Shown here: in pieces, positions 35,605 to 45,937 of the stretch
Layout: each line of letters starts with the position of its first letter
Position numbering within the stretch: position 1 is the stretch's first letter
Virus record (IMG/VR): IMGVR_UViG_3300025940_000007
Coordinates: 12,702-76,701 of that record
Source: a virus
Length of the DNA: 64,000 nucleotides
Direction: 5' to 3' (one strand)
Position numbers and translations under genes: made by a program
The notes under the pieces: generated by a model
What the model saw: only the letters and a program-made list of their open reading frames with translations
What the model was told of the DNA's origin: nothing
Database searches by the model: none

Positions 35605-35898
35605 TTAGATCACGTGAGCGGGCGTCATGATTTCGAGAGCCTTGATCGTCAGCGCGTGCAGCCTCACCGACAGCACCAATATCGGCTCGGCGGTCGCTGA
35701 CCTCGCCGAGAAAATCCGAATCTCGCGGACATAGTCGCCCACGGTCTGGTCCTGCACGATCGGTGTCACCATCACCGAGCCAACCGGATTGCACTCCATC
35801 GCTGTCGATAGCATTTGCAACGGTGATGGCGATGGGATCGCGTGCGCGGGCGGCACGGGTGTCGTCTGTCGTCCTTCGAAGAAGGCAATGTCAGCCAT
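35605..35898 (-). CDS. hypothetical virion protein
   Basis: AGGAG RBS; in the late operon. Confidence 0.6.
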   Translation of the reverse strand: MADIAFFEGRQTTPVPPAHAIPSPSPLQMLSTAMECNPVGSVMVTPIVQDQTVGDYVREIRIFSARSATAEPILVLSVRLHALTIKALEIMTPAHVI

Positions 35899-35911
35899 GT
35901 TCGCTCCTGTG

Positions 35912-37126
35912 TTACTGCAAGGCTTTGATGACGTACGTCGAGATATTGGCCATGCGCCGAATCGAGACGATGAAGATGTGGCCGTTGGTGGTAGTCATTA
36001 GGTCCCCAGTGTTGGTGCCGACCGTGAAGCCACTCCATGCGATCGCACCAGCGCCAGCGCTATTGACAATCATCAGATCGACCGCGCAATCCACCGTCGG
36101 CGCCGTGACGGTGAAGGTGCCGACATTGCCGATGCTCTGGTAGTTGCCGTTGAACGGATTGATGGTGATGTTTCCTGCCGGAGACACGAACACGTTGAAG
36201 TTAAATCCACCGGAGATGGTCTGGCCGCCATTGAGAGAGAGCCTGCTTGCACCCATGCTGGCGACCGTGTCGTCAACATACTTCTTGGTCGATGCCATCA
36301 GCGGCTGTGATGGCGCGGCATACAGATACAGCGGCCCTGTCATCGACGCGCCCGAGGACGACATCGAGTCGCGCAGATACTCGTTCATGCGCGCGCGGGT
36401 CCAGTATGTGGTCGGAAATGAAGTGTCGTTCGAACCAGTGTCGGGATGTACGCCCTTCTGCACGCCCTCGAACACCGAGGTGCCATCCTTGCGGATGTAG
36501 TTGTACAAATCGAGACCGGCGCCTTCCAGATCGTTCGCGGCCTGCAAGATCTCTTGATGCATAATGACGATTTCGTTGTAGTCGGCGACTACGACATCGT
36601 GCATCGGCCCGACAGCATCATGGTAGAGCTTGGTGCTATCGGCCATGCCGGGCGTCGATGATACCACCCAATCATCGAACGGCCCCGGGTTGCCGTGCAG
36701 CGCGGTGATCGTCACCTCCAAGATGCCGAGTTTTTGGTCATAGGACATCGTGCGCGCGATCGCGTAGTCATCCGGAGAGTGCTCAATGATGAGATACGGT
36801 GAGGGCGTGAAGGTGTCGCGCTGCACGCCCTCCTCAACGGTGAAGGTCATGTAGCCCATCCCCAGCGTCATCAGGCCGGTGATCGGCGCCAACAAGAAAC
36901 CAAGTTGCGTCACCTCCAGAATGTCTTTGGTCGCCGGGATCAAGATCTCGTTCATGCGCAACAGCGCAGCGGCGCGAATATCCTCGTTGACGCCAGCGAG
37001 GAGATCCTGCGTCGATTCGAGATTCTGAAAGCGACCTTCGAGCGAGGGCAACAACCGCTTCATATAAGGAAGCAGTTGCGTGCCGGGTTTTAGTTCGAAC
37101 TCTTCATCCAGCCGCTTCAGCGCCAT
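35912..37126 (-). CDS. tail/baseplate-associated protein
   Basis: MTGPLYL..AP..PL.ASTK.YVD fibre motif; C-terminal domain shared with 54140-54688. Confidence 0.65.
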   Translation of the reverse strand: MALKRLDEEFELKPGTQLLPYMKRLLPSLEGRFQNLESTQDLLAGVNEDIRAAALLRMNEILIPATKDILEVTQLGFLLAPITGLMTLGMGYMTFTVEEGVQRDTFTPSPYLIIEHSPDDYAIARTMSYDQKLGILEVTITALHGNPGPFDDWVVSSTPGMADSTKLYHDAVGPMHDVVVADYNEIVIMHQEILQAANDLEGAGLDLYNYIRKDGTSVFEGVQKGVHPDTGSNDTSFPTTYWTRARMNEYLRDSMSSSGASMTGPLYLYAAPSQPLMASTKKYVDDTVASMGASRLSLNGGQTISGGFNFNVFVSPAGNITINPFNGNYQSIGNVGTFTVTAPTVDCAVDLMIVNSAGAGAIAWSGFTVGTNTGDLMTTTNGHIFIVSIRRMANISTYVIKALQ

Positions 37127-37131
37127 GTGGT

Positions 37132-37632
37132 TTACGCCTTCTTCTTGGCCTTGCCTGTCGCTTCCGCTTGGCTCGGTGCCACGTCCGGATTCTGCGGCGT
37201 GTCGCCGATCTCCACCGCGTCAACGATGCAGGGCTGCACCTCCGGATCGAGGCACGTCTCTCCGGTCATCTGGTACGACTTCGCCGGAGACAGAACGCGG
37301 CCCGCGAACATGCACGCCTTGCCGAGGGTGACCTGATAGACCTTCCCGGCAACGAAGGTTGGGATGGCGCGATCGCTCTTCTTCCACTCCGGCGGCGAGT
37401 CTTCCGACGGTGACGCCGGACCGCCGATCTGGATCACGCGATCATCGATCCATTCTCCCTTTCGCACCTCGCGCCGCGAGCCCTTGCCGTTGGCTGGCGC
37501 GTTCGGCATTGGCCCCGACGTTCCCGACGTCGAGCCCATCGAGCCGGGATCGAGTGCCGCGCGCGCCTTCGCTAGCGCAGCCTCGTCCATCGGCATGTTA
37601 ACGTTGCGTTGCGGAAATTCTTCTGTGGCCAT
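37132..37632 (-). CDS. hypothetical protein
   Basis: GGAG RBS; late operon. Confidence 0.6.
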   Translation of the reverse strand: MATEEFPQRNVNMPMDEAALAKARAALDPGSMGSTSGTSGPMPNAPANGKGSRREVRKGEWIDDRVIQIGGPASPSEDSPPEWKKSDRAIPTFVAGKVYQVTLGKACMFAGRVLSPAKSYQMTGETCLDPEVQPCIVDAVEIGDTPQNPDVAPSQAEATGKAKKKA

Positions 37633-37666
37633 TGTACAAGCTCCATGATTGTTTTAGATAGGGAAA

Positions 37667-37734
37667 GTGAGGGCGGGCCTTGGCCAAGAAGGTCATGAAA
37701 CCCATTCGACTGTTGTCTCTGGGCTCGCCCTCAC
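37667..37734 (+). ncRNA. solitary TIGR-like guide unit, antisense to the late operon
   Basis: gtgagggcgggcc...cca-AGAAGGTCA-tgaaaccca-TTCGACTGT-tg...gggctcgccctcac. Confidence 0.85.
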
Positions 37735-37737
37735 ACC

Positions 37738-40092
37738 TCAAGCAACAGCGACGTCGATGCGTTCGCCGACGAGATAACAGGCGTTCACGTTGTCCGTGGT
37801 GCCCTCCATGCGGATTTTGTACGCGGTGATCGCAGTGCCGCCGAGCGCTGCCAAATTCCACGTGCAGTGGCGCAGCAACACAGTCGGATCATCCGGATCG
37901 ACTTCGTCCTCGATCAGTGATGGCGTCCGCACACTGGTGTAGCCCGCACCAGTCAATAGGCGCGGAATGAAGGTGTGGTACGGCGCACCACGCCACGACT
38001 CTAGCCGGAAATCTCCGTAGACCGTCGTGACGGGTCCGGGCGTGGTCCGCGCGGTACTGATGTGGCGGAAGTCCGAGCGAGGCCGCGACGTCAGCGATCG
38101 CGAATTCGCCGCCACACCGAAGCCGGGCATTTCGTCGGTCGTGCCCACCAGTGTGATCCGGAATGGCAACAGCGGCGGCAGCGCAACGAGCGGGTTGGTG
38201 TCGTAGTAGCCGAGCGGCACCCACGCGCCGTTGACTTGCACCTCGAAATTGATCGTGGTGCCGGGCGGGCGCGTCGAGTCGAAGTTCAAATCGATCGCCG
38301 AGATACCGCCGTTCAATTCCAGCGACAGCAGTTGCGCGGTGCACTGCGTGGTGCGGAATTTCGCGAAGTAGAGCCGGAAAGAAAGATCCTTGGTGAGATC
38401 GCCGAGCGCCCACGCTCCATCGGTGGAAGTGAACATCGAGCCTTGCGCGAACTTGTTGTTGTGCACCAACGCGACGAAATGATTGCCGGGCGTCTGTAGG
38501 ACGAAGGCGTAACGCTGACCCTTCGCCAGATAGGTCGGCAGGAAGTCGAACTTGGTCGCGTTCGGTGACGGTCGCAGCAAGTCCGCAGGCTTGGTCGAGC
38601 GCGCAATCGTTCGCTCGAAATTCGGCGCACCGGCTTCGTTACATTCGCAGATCAGGCAGTGCACGTCGCCCGTTGCCGCGATGCGGGTGAAGAAGATATC
38701 GACGCCAGTCAGCCAGCCGCCCTGTGAATTGAGATAGGTCTGCGAGATCACCGAGCCCGACAAACCATCGACCGTGATGACTTGCCGCCAGTAATACGAG
38801 TCCACGATTTCATCGACCCAGAACTGCACGAGCCGGAGCACCGTGTGGTTCGGGTTGTCCATCACGTCGAGGATCTGGAACGTCTCGGTGCCGCGCGTCA
38901 GGATGTTGCGGATCGGATCGTAGATCAGATCGGTGTTCGGCGTGTAGCCGCCGACAGCCGCAGGAGGCATACCGACGTTCGTTCCGTAGTCGTGACCGGC
39001 TGGCGCGAACCACCAGACGCCGTTCGAGCAGACCACCATCGGCGTGCCCCAACGAATGCGCGTTCTGGTCTTGGCGCAGAGCTCCCACGAGATCGTTTGA
39101 TACTGATACTGGGAGATCGACAGTTCGGAATCCTTGCCGAGCACCTCGATGCGCACCACTTGGTCGTACACAGGCAGAACGAAGTTGGCCTGATTGATCA
39201 CCGCCGGGTCCATCGGGTTCAACAGCCCAAACTGCGCCTCGCGTTCGGCGGCGTTCGGGAAGCGAATACCCTCCTCGCACTTAGCGAGGTAATCCACGTT
39301 CTGCAGATCGGACTCGTCCGTGGTTAGGAAGTGATCGGCGCCCCACATCGAATAGGTGTCAGGCAGGCCAACCTTTTCCTTCACGCGCGCGACGTCGGTT
39401 GCGATCTTCAGCACGAACTTCATGCCAGCGGTGCCGTTCAAGCGCACAGCCAGCGCGGCCATGTCGGTCGCCAGTGTGTCGAGCCGTGACGCAGTCTGCG
39501 CACGCCATGCATCCATCTCGTTCAAGCGGTCATCGAGATCAGCAAGGTTCGGCGCCCGGTTCTCGTTCACCATCTGGATCGAGATGATGCCGGTGCTGTC
39601 GAGCAAGATCCAAGCAACCGCCAGCGTGTTCGATGCCACGCTCGGATGCTGCGGGTCCGGACCTTCGGCGCCGATCACGGTGCTGATGTTGGCCCAGCGA
39701 CGGCTTTCGGTGGAGACCACACGCGCGACGGTGGCACGCGTCACCGGATCAGTCAGGAAGGTTCTCGGCTCGGTGTCGGTCTCGATCTCTTGGCCCCAGA
39801 CCACCACGCCGACATATCGACGCGTCACCACCGGGAGCACGCCGAGCAAGTCGAGAGAGGCGCCGCCCTCGCTGTCGTTATAGAACACCAAGCCGTTATG
39901 GTAGAGCCGCCCGTTGCCCACGGTGACCACCGCTGGCGCCGTCTGCACCGTGGTGAAGCCCGTGTACGCCATGCTCGGGATCAAGGTATCCACAACGACA
40001 TGGTCGAAAGATGCACGCGGGAAGAGGCCGAAGTTATTGAAGTCTTCGACAGTCACCTTCTGCCAGTCTTGGATGTTTACCTTGCGTTCCAT
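37738..40092 (-). CDS. large baseplate/tail-associated virion protein
   Basis: 784 aa downstream of the gpI-like gene; SVISQT...GWLTGVDIFF beta-rich C-terminus. Confidence 0.7.
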   Translation of the reverse strand: MERKVNIQDWQKVTVEDFNNFGLFPRASFDHVVVDTLIPSMAYTGFTTVQTAPAVVTVGNGRLYHNGLVFYNDSEGGASLDLLGVLPVVTRRYVGVVVWGQEIETDTEPRTFLTDPVTRATVARVVSTESRRWANISTVIGAEGPDPQHPSVASNTLAVAWILLDSTGIISIQMVNENRAPNLADLDDRLNEMDAWRAQTASRLDTLATDMAALAVRLNGTAGMKFVLKIATDVARVKEKVGLPDTYSMWGADHFLTTDESDLQNVDYLAKCEEGIRFPNAAEREAQFGLLNPMDPAVINQANFVLPVYDQVVRIEVLGKDSELSISQYQYQTISWELCAKTRTRIRWGTPMVVCSNGVWWFAPAGHDYGTNVGMPPAAVGGYTPNTDLIYDPIRNILTRGTETFQILDVMDNPNHTVLRLVQFWVDEIVDSYYWRQVITVDGLSGSVISQTYLNSQGGWLTGVDIFFTRIAATGDVHCLICECNEAGAPNFERTIARSTKPADLLRPSPNATKFDFLPTYLAKGQRYAFVLQTPGNHFVALVHNNKFAQGSMFTSTDGAWALGDLTKDLSFRLYFAKFRTTQCTAQLLSLELNGGISAIDLNFDSTRPPGTTINFEVQVNGAWVPLGYYDTNPLVALPPLLPFRITLVGTTDEMPGFGVAANSRSLTSRPRSDFRHISTARTTPGPVTTVYGDFRLESWRGAPYHTFIPRLLTGAGYTSVRTPSLIEDEVDPDDPTVLLRHCTWNLAALGGTAITAYKIRMEGTTDNVNACYLVGERIDVAVA

Positions 40093-40105
40093 TTTGCTGC
40101 CTCTC

Positions 40106-41569
40106 CTAGAGTAGGTTGAAGACCTGTTGGTCGATAGTTGTCTCGTTGTACGCGCGTTCGCGAAGCTCGATCAGGCGCGTCGGGTCGAATGCCGTTCGCA
40201 CGCGGTCGCGCAGCGCTTGTGAAGTGACGACAGCACGGCATGCGCGATCGAAGTCGCTCATGTCGATGGTGCTGGCGAAGTAGTTATCGTCTACGGTGAT
40301 GCCTTCATCGGCGAACCACGACCACCAATCGTCATCGGCATTGAGCTTGATCATGAGATCGGCGGTGTAGGCAGGCCACGACACGTAATCGACGCCGACG
40401 AAAGAGACGCCGCCCGTGATCGTGCCGACAATCGCCGGGTCATAGAGGAAGACGCGATCCGCCAGCATGCGCGCCGCGTCGTAGCCAGCATCGGCGTAGT
40501 AGACGATAGGCACCGGCTGCGTCGGTATCGGCGGCGGCTGCGTCGGCAAACCTGACGGCGGATACGCGATCGGATGCTCCGGATGCGGATCGGGAATTAT
40601 AATCGGATGCTCCGGATGCGGCAGATCGCTCGGGTTGACAATGTTGCGGCTGTCGCTCCAGTCACCGACGAAATAGAAACTGTTGCCCCAGCCGATGTCG
40701 CTCTCGCGCTCGTAGCGCACGTCGATCGGCTCCATGCCGGGCAGCACCGTGTCGAGATGCAGTTGGCTCTGTTCGTGGCTGTAGCTGCCATCGATGCGCA
40801 CCGTGATCAGTTTTGGCTTCACTGTCTCGGCGCAAACGAACTGCTCGTCGTTGACGAAATCCTCGGTGCCCATGTAGGCGGGACCAGCGAGCCCGGGGAT
40901 CGCGATCCGCTCGAAGTCCACCGAGGTGACGCCGTTGATCTCTTTCGTGAAGGTGTAGATCTGCAGCGGAATGTCTTGACCGCGCACTCGCAGATACGCC
41001 TTGCGCCCGTGCAGTGCCTCGCCGTCATCGAGCCCGACGAAATCATTCACGCCGCCATCGCGCACGTACATGACATCGACGCCGTCCCAGCCGATGCCTT
41101 CGTAGAAGGTGATCCGCACCTCGGGCAGAAGATGTATCCACGCGTCGTAGGCTTCCTTCGACATCGACGGTGAGGCAAAGAAACACTGCGGTGGTCGCAG
41201 CGCTTGCTGGATGGTGTAGCCGGGAGGTCCAACGAAATCGCGCCCGGAATAGTTGAGCGCCATCTCGATGCCGTCTTGGGTGCCGCGCAGCGACTTGTAT
41301 TCGAACTGACGCGCGACCCATTCGCGCTGCGTGCTCTCGCTCCAGCCGTCCTCCCACAGCATGACGCCCATTGCGTATCCAAGATACGGGAGGTTGTTCA
41401 CGCTGATCGCGTACGGGTCCCATTGATCGTGAATGATCTCGGCGTAGGTGCCGATCAGCCGTTCGCCATCGACGTCGGCCATCGCCTTTTCGAGGCCTGA
41501 CGCCGCACGATAGAGCAACTTCGCACCGGGATATTGGATGATCCCTTCGGTGACGATGTCGCTGCTCAT
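40106..41569 (-). CDS. P2 gpI-like baseplate/tail formation protein
   Basis: LEKAMA, WDP......LPYL..AMGV..W...WSE..QR.......K..RGT. Confidence 0.85.
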   Translation of the reverse strand: MSSDIVTEGIIQYPGAKLLYRAASGLEKAMADVDGERLIGTYAEIIHDQWDPYAISVNNLPYLGYAMGVMLWEDGWSESTQREWVARQFEYKSLRGTQDGIEMALNYSGRDFVGPPGYTIQQALRPPQCFFASPSMSKEAYDAWIHLLPEVRITFYEGIGWDGVDVMYVRDGGVNDFVGLDDGEALHGRKAYLRVRGQDIPLQIYTFTKEINGVTSVDFERIAIPGLAGPAYMGTEDFVNDEQFVCAETVKPKLITVRIDGSYSHEQSQLHLDTVLPGMEPIDVRYERESDIGWGNSFYFVGDWSDSRNIVNPSDLPHPEHPIIIPDPHPEHPIAYPPSGLPTQPPPIPTQPVPIVYYADAGYDAARMLADRVFLYDPAIVGTITGGVSFVGVDYVSWPAYTADLMIKLNADDDWWSWFADEGITVDDNYFASTIDMSDFDRACRAVVTSQALRDRVRTAFDPTRLIELRERAYNETTIDQQVFNLL

Positions 41570-42525
41570 AGGGCACGTCCAGCATTGCGCACGGTGACTT
41601 GCGTGACCTTGATGACCCAATCCATCGCCACAAACACGTCGTCTTCAGGCAAGAGGATATCGACGTGATGCACGCCGGTCAGACGACACGCGGCATGGAT
41701 CGCGGTGTGGGTGTGATCGTGGCCTAACCAGTACTGATCGTTGACCAGCGTCGCGAGGTTGTTGACGATCTGCTTCATCGTCGTGTCGGCGTTGGCGCCG
41801 GGATAGAACCAGATGTCGAGCTTGTACTCGATCTCGCGGATCTTCGGTGGATTGACCGAGATCACGTCGGTGAGCCCCTGCCGTGACAGCGATTGAATGT
41901 ACGCGCGGATCGTCACCAACTCCTGATCGGTCGGCTTCGGATCGGCGGGCGGCTCTTTCAGACACGTGATCAGAATTGTCGGGTAGTAGTCATGTTGAAC
42001 ACTGCGGATCGCGGTGACATCGCGCAGGCTCGGCATCGCGGTTAGCGCCCAGAATTCGTACGCCTCCGCCGTGCCGTGCGGGCTCAGCGTGTTCGGCGAG
42101 AGCCAGATCCGGCGCCGGTAGCGATCGTCGCTTTCGTTCGGCAGGCGAGGCACGCCGCCGGGATAGCGCGATGCAATGGCGTCGAGATCGGTGCCGATCG
42201 CATAGGCCAGCGTGACCGAGCGCGCCGCCTGATTGACGCGGTCGCGCAACATCAACTCGAAATACGAGCAGGCCTCTTGGTTGATCTTGATCGGATCGAA
42301 CTCAAGGTTCTCGACGTCATACTGCGCCGCCGTTGGCGGATCGTAATATGCCCACAGTTGCTTCAGCCGCCCCATCCGCTCGGAGAGGATCGCCTCGACG
42401 TCGATCTTCTCCAGCACGATCATCGGCTGCAGATTCGCAGGCAGGATGACCGAGATGCGATCGGTCAGCCGGTCAGCCAGCGCCTGCCCTGCCTGCGAGA
42501 TGTTGCCGAAACTGGTGTCGCTCAT
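41566..42525 (-). CDS. baseplate assembly protein J
   Basis: E.DPI...QEA..Y.EL.LR.RVN.AA....LAYA.GTDLD, ESDDRYRRR, G...AYEFWA. Confidence 0.92.
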   Translation of the reverse strand: MSDTSFGNISQAGQALADRLTDRISVILPANLQPMIVLEKIDVEAILSERMGRLKQLWAYYDPPTAAQYDVENLEFDPIKINQEACSYFELMLRDRVNQAARSVTLAYAIGTDLDAIASRYPGGVPRLPNESDDRYRRRIWLSPNTLSPHGTAEAYEFWALTAMPSLRDVTAIRSVQHDYYPTILITCLKEPPADPKPTDQELVTIRAYIQSLSRQGLTDVISVNPPKIREIEYKLDIWFYPGANADTTMKQIVNNLATLVNDQYWLGHDHTHTAIHAACRLTGVHHVDILLPEDDVFVAMDWVIKVTQVTVRNAGRAL

Positions 42526-43094
42526 AGTGCGCTCCCGGGCGGGATGTTAGGTGTGGTGCCGATGCCGCCGGGAGGTGCGCCAGCGATGTAACCCGCTTGG
42601 CGTTCCCAGATGTTATAGCCGCGCGAGACCAGACCAACTGCGCGCCTGACTTGCGGGTCGTTGTTGCCGAGGTGGCCGCGTGGTCGGTAGACGCCTTCCA
42701 TCGCCGTGGTGAGCTTGCCAGTGCGGAGCTCCTCCGGCGACGTCAGCATTGAGCCATCACCACGCACGCCCGTGCGCACGCGCTGAATGCGGTAGTTCGG
42801 TTCGTGCAGATCGAGCGCGGTGGCGATCGCCCAATAAAATCTGCAGATCGTCGTCTCGGTCGCGTTCTCGCCGATCAGATGCGGCACGTAGCAACCGACC
42901 CAGCGCCGCAGCACGCGCTCGTGATACTTCGTGGAGAAGATCAGGAGCATCGATTGGATGACGTGATCCCACCCGGTGAGAACCTTCCCGGTATATCGAT
43001 CCATACCGATGCGCACGGGATTGAGGACGATGCGGCCAAATCTGAGATCCGGCCACATGTCGAGCGTTGGATCGTAGACGTAATCCCCCGCCAT
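42522..43094 (-). CDS. baseplate wedge protein (gpW/gp25-like)
   Basis: GMDR.TGK.L.GWDHV.QS...I.ST....RV.RR, EP..RI. Confidence 0.88.
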   Translation of the reverse strand: MAGDYVYDPTLDMWPDLRFGRIVLNPVRIGMDRYTGKVLTGWDHVIQSMLLIFSTKYHERVLRRWVGCYVPHLIGENATETTICRFYWAIATALDLHEPNYRIQRVRTGVRGDGSMLTSPEELRTGKLTTAMEGVYRPRGHLGNNDPQVRRAVGLVSRGYNIWERQAGYIAGAPPGGIGTTPNIPPGSAL

Positions 43095-43097
43095 CGA

Positions 43098-43559
43098 TCA
43101 GGCCTTCGAAGTCGTCGCTGCCGCGCTCTTCGTCTCGGCCTTCTGTTCGGCTTTCGGCTTGCCGTTCTTGCCCTTCGATGCGGCCTTGCGGCGAAGGCTG
43201 CGCGTGAGTTTTGCGGGCTGGCCAGCCATCCCCGGATGACCGGACTGGATCTTGCGATCGTATCGCGGGATGCGCCCGGGTCGGGCGTCGTTGTCTTCGC
43301 TGCGCCCGCGCGTGATCTGCCCGAGCAACTTCTTGTGCGCTGCGCTGATTTCCCCGACCGGCTTCTCGCCGACGATGCCCTGATCGATCCAATATTGAAC
43401 TTGCTGCGTCACCGCGAGCACGTGGTTGGTATCGTCCTTCGGATTGCCCTTGTCGTCCCTGTCCTGCAGCACGCGCAGGCCGCCGAAGGTGTCGGAGACA
43501 TTGGGATCGTAGAGATAAAACTTCTGCAGAATGCGGGGAGTTCTAACCATTGCTGCCAT
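43098..43559 (-). CDS. hypothetical protein
   Basis: GGAG RBS; late operon. Confidence 0.6.
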   Translation of the reverse strand: MAAMVRTPRILQKFYLYDPNVSDTFGGLRVLQDRDDKGNPKDDTNHVLAVTQQVQYWIDQGIVGEKPVGEISAAHKKLLGQITRGRSEDNDARPGRIPRYDRKIQSGHPGMAGQPAKLTRSLRRKAASKGKNGKPKAEQKAETKSAAATTSKA

Positions 43560-43580
43560 GTTGGCCTCTCCTGTTGAGAT

Positions 43581-44285
43581 TTACGCGTCGTCGTTCTTGA
43601 TAGGGTCTTTGCCGAGAATCGGCGGCTGCGAGAAAATGATCTTACCCTTGGCGACCACCACCCAGTCACTCCCCATTCGGATCTTCGCGCCATCTTTGTG
43701 CGAGGCGACGCGCGAATCTTTTCCGACGCGGAAGGTGTGGCCGCCATCTTTGTTCATCCGAGCTTTCATCACAGCTTTATCGCCGCCGACGTGCCCTTTT
43801 TTCTGTTGCTTCTGTCCGCCGCCGCCACCACCGCTGCCGCTTTGCCCGCCGGATTGCTGGCCTTCCTGCTTCTTGTCGTCATCGGGCTGCAGCCAGTGAT
43901 CGTGACCGTCCTTGGTGGTCTTGCCGCGCAGATCGTCTAGCTGATAGCTCTCCTCGTCCTGCCCCGAGCCGTCGGCATGCTCGGGCGTCTTGAAATCCTT
44001 GTTGGGTGCGTAGGGCATGAGCATCCCCTGAGAGATGTCACCGCCGGGCGAGAAGATGGAAAGGTTCTGTCCCTTCTTGTAAAACCGCTGCTCTCTGGCG
44101 CCGCCCCTCATGTTGTTCGTGTTGAGCCACGGAGAGAGGATGTCTTTTCCGTCCTTGTCCTTGCCGAGGCTCATGCGGAGCTTGGTGCCCTTGACCTCAT
44201 GCACGGTGCCCTTCTGCGTCTGTTGCGACATCTGTCGCCGCAGATCCGCGATCTGTCCAAGCAAGCGCTGGTAGTCGTCGGCCAT
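43581..44285 (-). CDS. baseplate assembly protein V (spike)-like
   Basis: GTV.EV....R..G.....SPW.......G.........GQ....SPGGD..QG. Confidence 0.8.
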   Translation of the reverse strand: MADDYQRLLGQIADLRRQMSQQTQKGTVHEVKGTKLRMSLGKDKDGKDILSPWLNTNNMRGGAREQRFYKKGQNLSIFSPGGDISQGMLMPYAPNKDFKTPEHADGSGQDEESYQLDDLRGKTTKDGHDHWLQPDDDKKQEGQQSGGQSGSGGGGGGQKQQKKGHVGGDKAVMKARMNKDGGHTFRVGKDSRVASHKDGAKIRMGSDWVVVAKGKIIFSQPPILGKDPIKNDDA

Positions 44286-44292
44286 GCGCGCC

Positions 44293-44913
44293 TCACTTCA
44301 ATTCGATTTGGATCTTCGTCGTCATCTTCTTCAGGATCTCCTGCGCCATCTGGCGCAGCGTGACGTCGCGGTTCTGTCGCTGGCCTGATCGTTGCGACGG
44401 GCTGGTGCCGCTCGTGGTGGACATCGTCACCGGCAGGCGCTTGCCCTTCGGTGCGTACGGCATGATCACGCATCGGCAGTGCGGATGCTTCGGGATGTGC
44501 TCGCGCGCGGCCTCGATCGGCATCGGGCCTGCAGCGGCGAGCTCTTCACAGTCTTGGCAAACAAGGTCGTCATCCTGATTGACGATGATCACCAGCGTCT
44601 TGGGGCGTTGGGTGCCGAAGTCGCGGCTCTCGCGGCGCCCCTCCAGCGTGGTCGGGTCGTCTTCCAGAAGCCGGTTGTTGACGACGATATCGTATTTCAA
44701 ATCGTTCTTGGTCGCGCGCTTCACCCGCATCAGGCCGCGCACTTGCTCGACAGCGAGCCCGGTTTCCTTGGAGATGTCCCGGGCGAGAATGGAAACCAGA
44801 CCGTCACCGACTTCATTGAGACCGACCGAGATGATTGGCTTCGTCGCCTTCTCCGCCCTGTCCAGCTTCCGCGAATATTCTTCAACGGCGCTGGTGTCGA
44901 TCTTGATCTTCAT
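44293..44913 (-). CDS. neck/minor tail protein with a MuF-like Cys motif
   Basis: C-terminal DD.VC.DC...A..GP......IP.HP.CRC, also present in 62105-63217. Confidence 0.6.
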   Translation of the reverse strand: MKIKIDTSAVEEYSRKLDRAEKATKPIISVGLNEVGDGLVSILARDISKETGLAVEQVRGLMRVKRATKNDLKYDIVVNNRLLEDDPTTLEGRRESRDFGTQRPKTLVIIVNQDDDLVCQDCEELAAAGPMPIEAAREHIPKHPHCRCVIMPYAPKGKRLPVTMSTTSGTSPSQRSGQRQNRDVTLRQMAQEILKKMTTKIQIELK

Positions 44914-45839
44914 TCGACCTCGCCATCGGCGACGGCTTTGTCCTTCTTCTCGATCGGCACCGTGGTGGCCACGTTGGTCTCGATGGTCTGCTCATCGACC
45001 AGACCGACGTCCTCGTTCTTTTCCATATCGATGTCATCAAACCCGATCTTGCGAACAATCGGCGCCCCGCCTTGCTTGTCGGTGAGATCGTCACCGTACT
45101 GCGTTGCGAAGGGCACCATGCTGGAGGCAAGCGGAGCGAGCCCAATGGCGCGCAGCCCGAGCCGACGCACACCTAATGCAGCTTGCACCCGCTCCCATTC
45201 CGGCGCCCCCTCGCGCGAGGCAAGCGCCGTACAGATCTCTGCAACATGCTCCATGTCGGCTTCCGGGTGCCTGTTGGAGGTTTCGACAAACTGCATGATC
45301 GGGTGATCCTCTGGGATCGGCTCGCCCGGCGGCAGATCGCTGATCACGTCACACACGATTGAAACTTGTCGCGCTGCCCACCTACGGTCGCGGTCGCTAC
45401 TGGCGCCCCTCTGGCCGGTCAGCCGCTCGATCCGCAGCACGAAACCCTTGAGCAGTTCGGCCCACTCGTTCTGCGGATCGCCCCACAGCGCCGCCAGCGC
45501 CTGCGTTTCGACCATGTCAAGCGCGAGCTCCATACCCTCATCCGTCAGCGGGATCTTGATCTGCGCATCGCCTGTGACGCCCTCGACCTTGGAGGCGACA
45601 CCGATCTCCAGCACCAGCGCGAGCTCGCGGCGCATGCCGTAGATGTCTGTCCCGTTCTGCTCGCTGCGGTTATCCGCGTCGGTGTACACGACGATGTACG
45701 GCTTGGCCGCTTCGTTGAGCATCAGCGCCTGCGACAGCGGCGTGTTGTCCGAATCAAATACGCGCTTATCAGCCCAAGTCTGACCGCGCAAGGCCGCCAC
45801 TGCTGTGAGCCGGGTCAACATTCTGATGACAGACATCAA
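44910..45839 (-). CDS. tail completion/terminator-like protein
   Basis: R..AV.AL...T.A..RVFDS, PYIVVYTD; position. Confidence 0.6.
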   Translation of the reverse strand: MMSVIRMLTRLTAVAALRGQTWADKRVFDSDNTPLSQALMLNEAAKPYIVVYTDADNRSEQNGTDIYGMRRELALVLEIGVASKVEGVTGDAQIKIPLTDEGMELALDMVETQALAALWGDPQNEWAELLKGFVLRIERLTGQRGASSDRDRRWAARQVSIVCDVISDLPPGEPIPEDHPIMQFVETSNRHPEADMEHVAEICTALASREGAPEWERVQAALGVRRLGLRAIGLAPLASSMVPFATQYGDDLTDKQGGAPIVRKIGFDDIDMEKNEDVGLVDEQTIETNVATTVPIEKKDKAVADGEVE

Positions 45840-45860
45840 GCATCCTTGTATGGTCGAAGG

Positions 45861-45934
45861 GTGAGGGCGGGATCAGTGGTTTGGCCTCATCCATCCTGAA
45901 GCCCATGTAGTCTGTGCCGTGATCTCGCCCTCAC
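45861..45934 (+). ncRNA. solitary TIGR-like guide unit, antisense to the late operon
   Basis: gtgagggcgggatca...cct-CATCCATCC-tgaagccca-TGTAGTCTG-tg...tgatctcgccctcac. Confidence 0.85.
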
Positions 45935-45937
45935 ACT

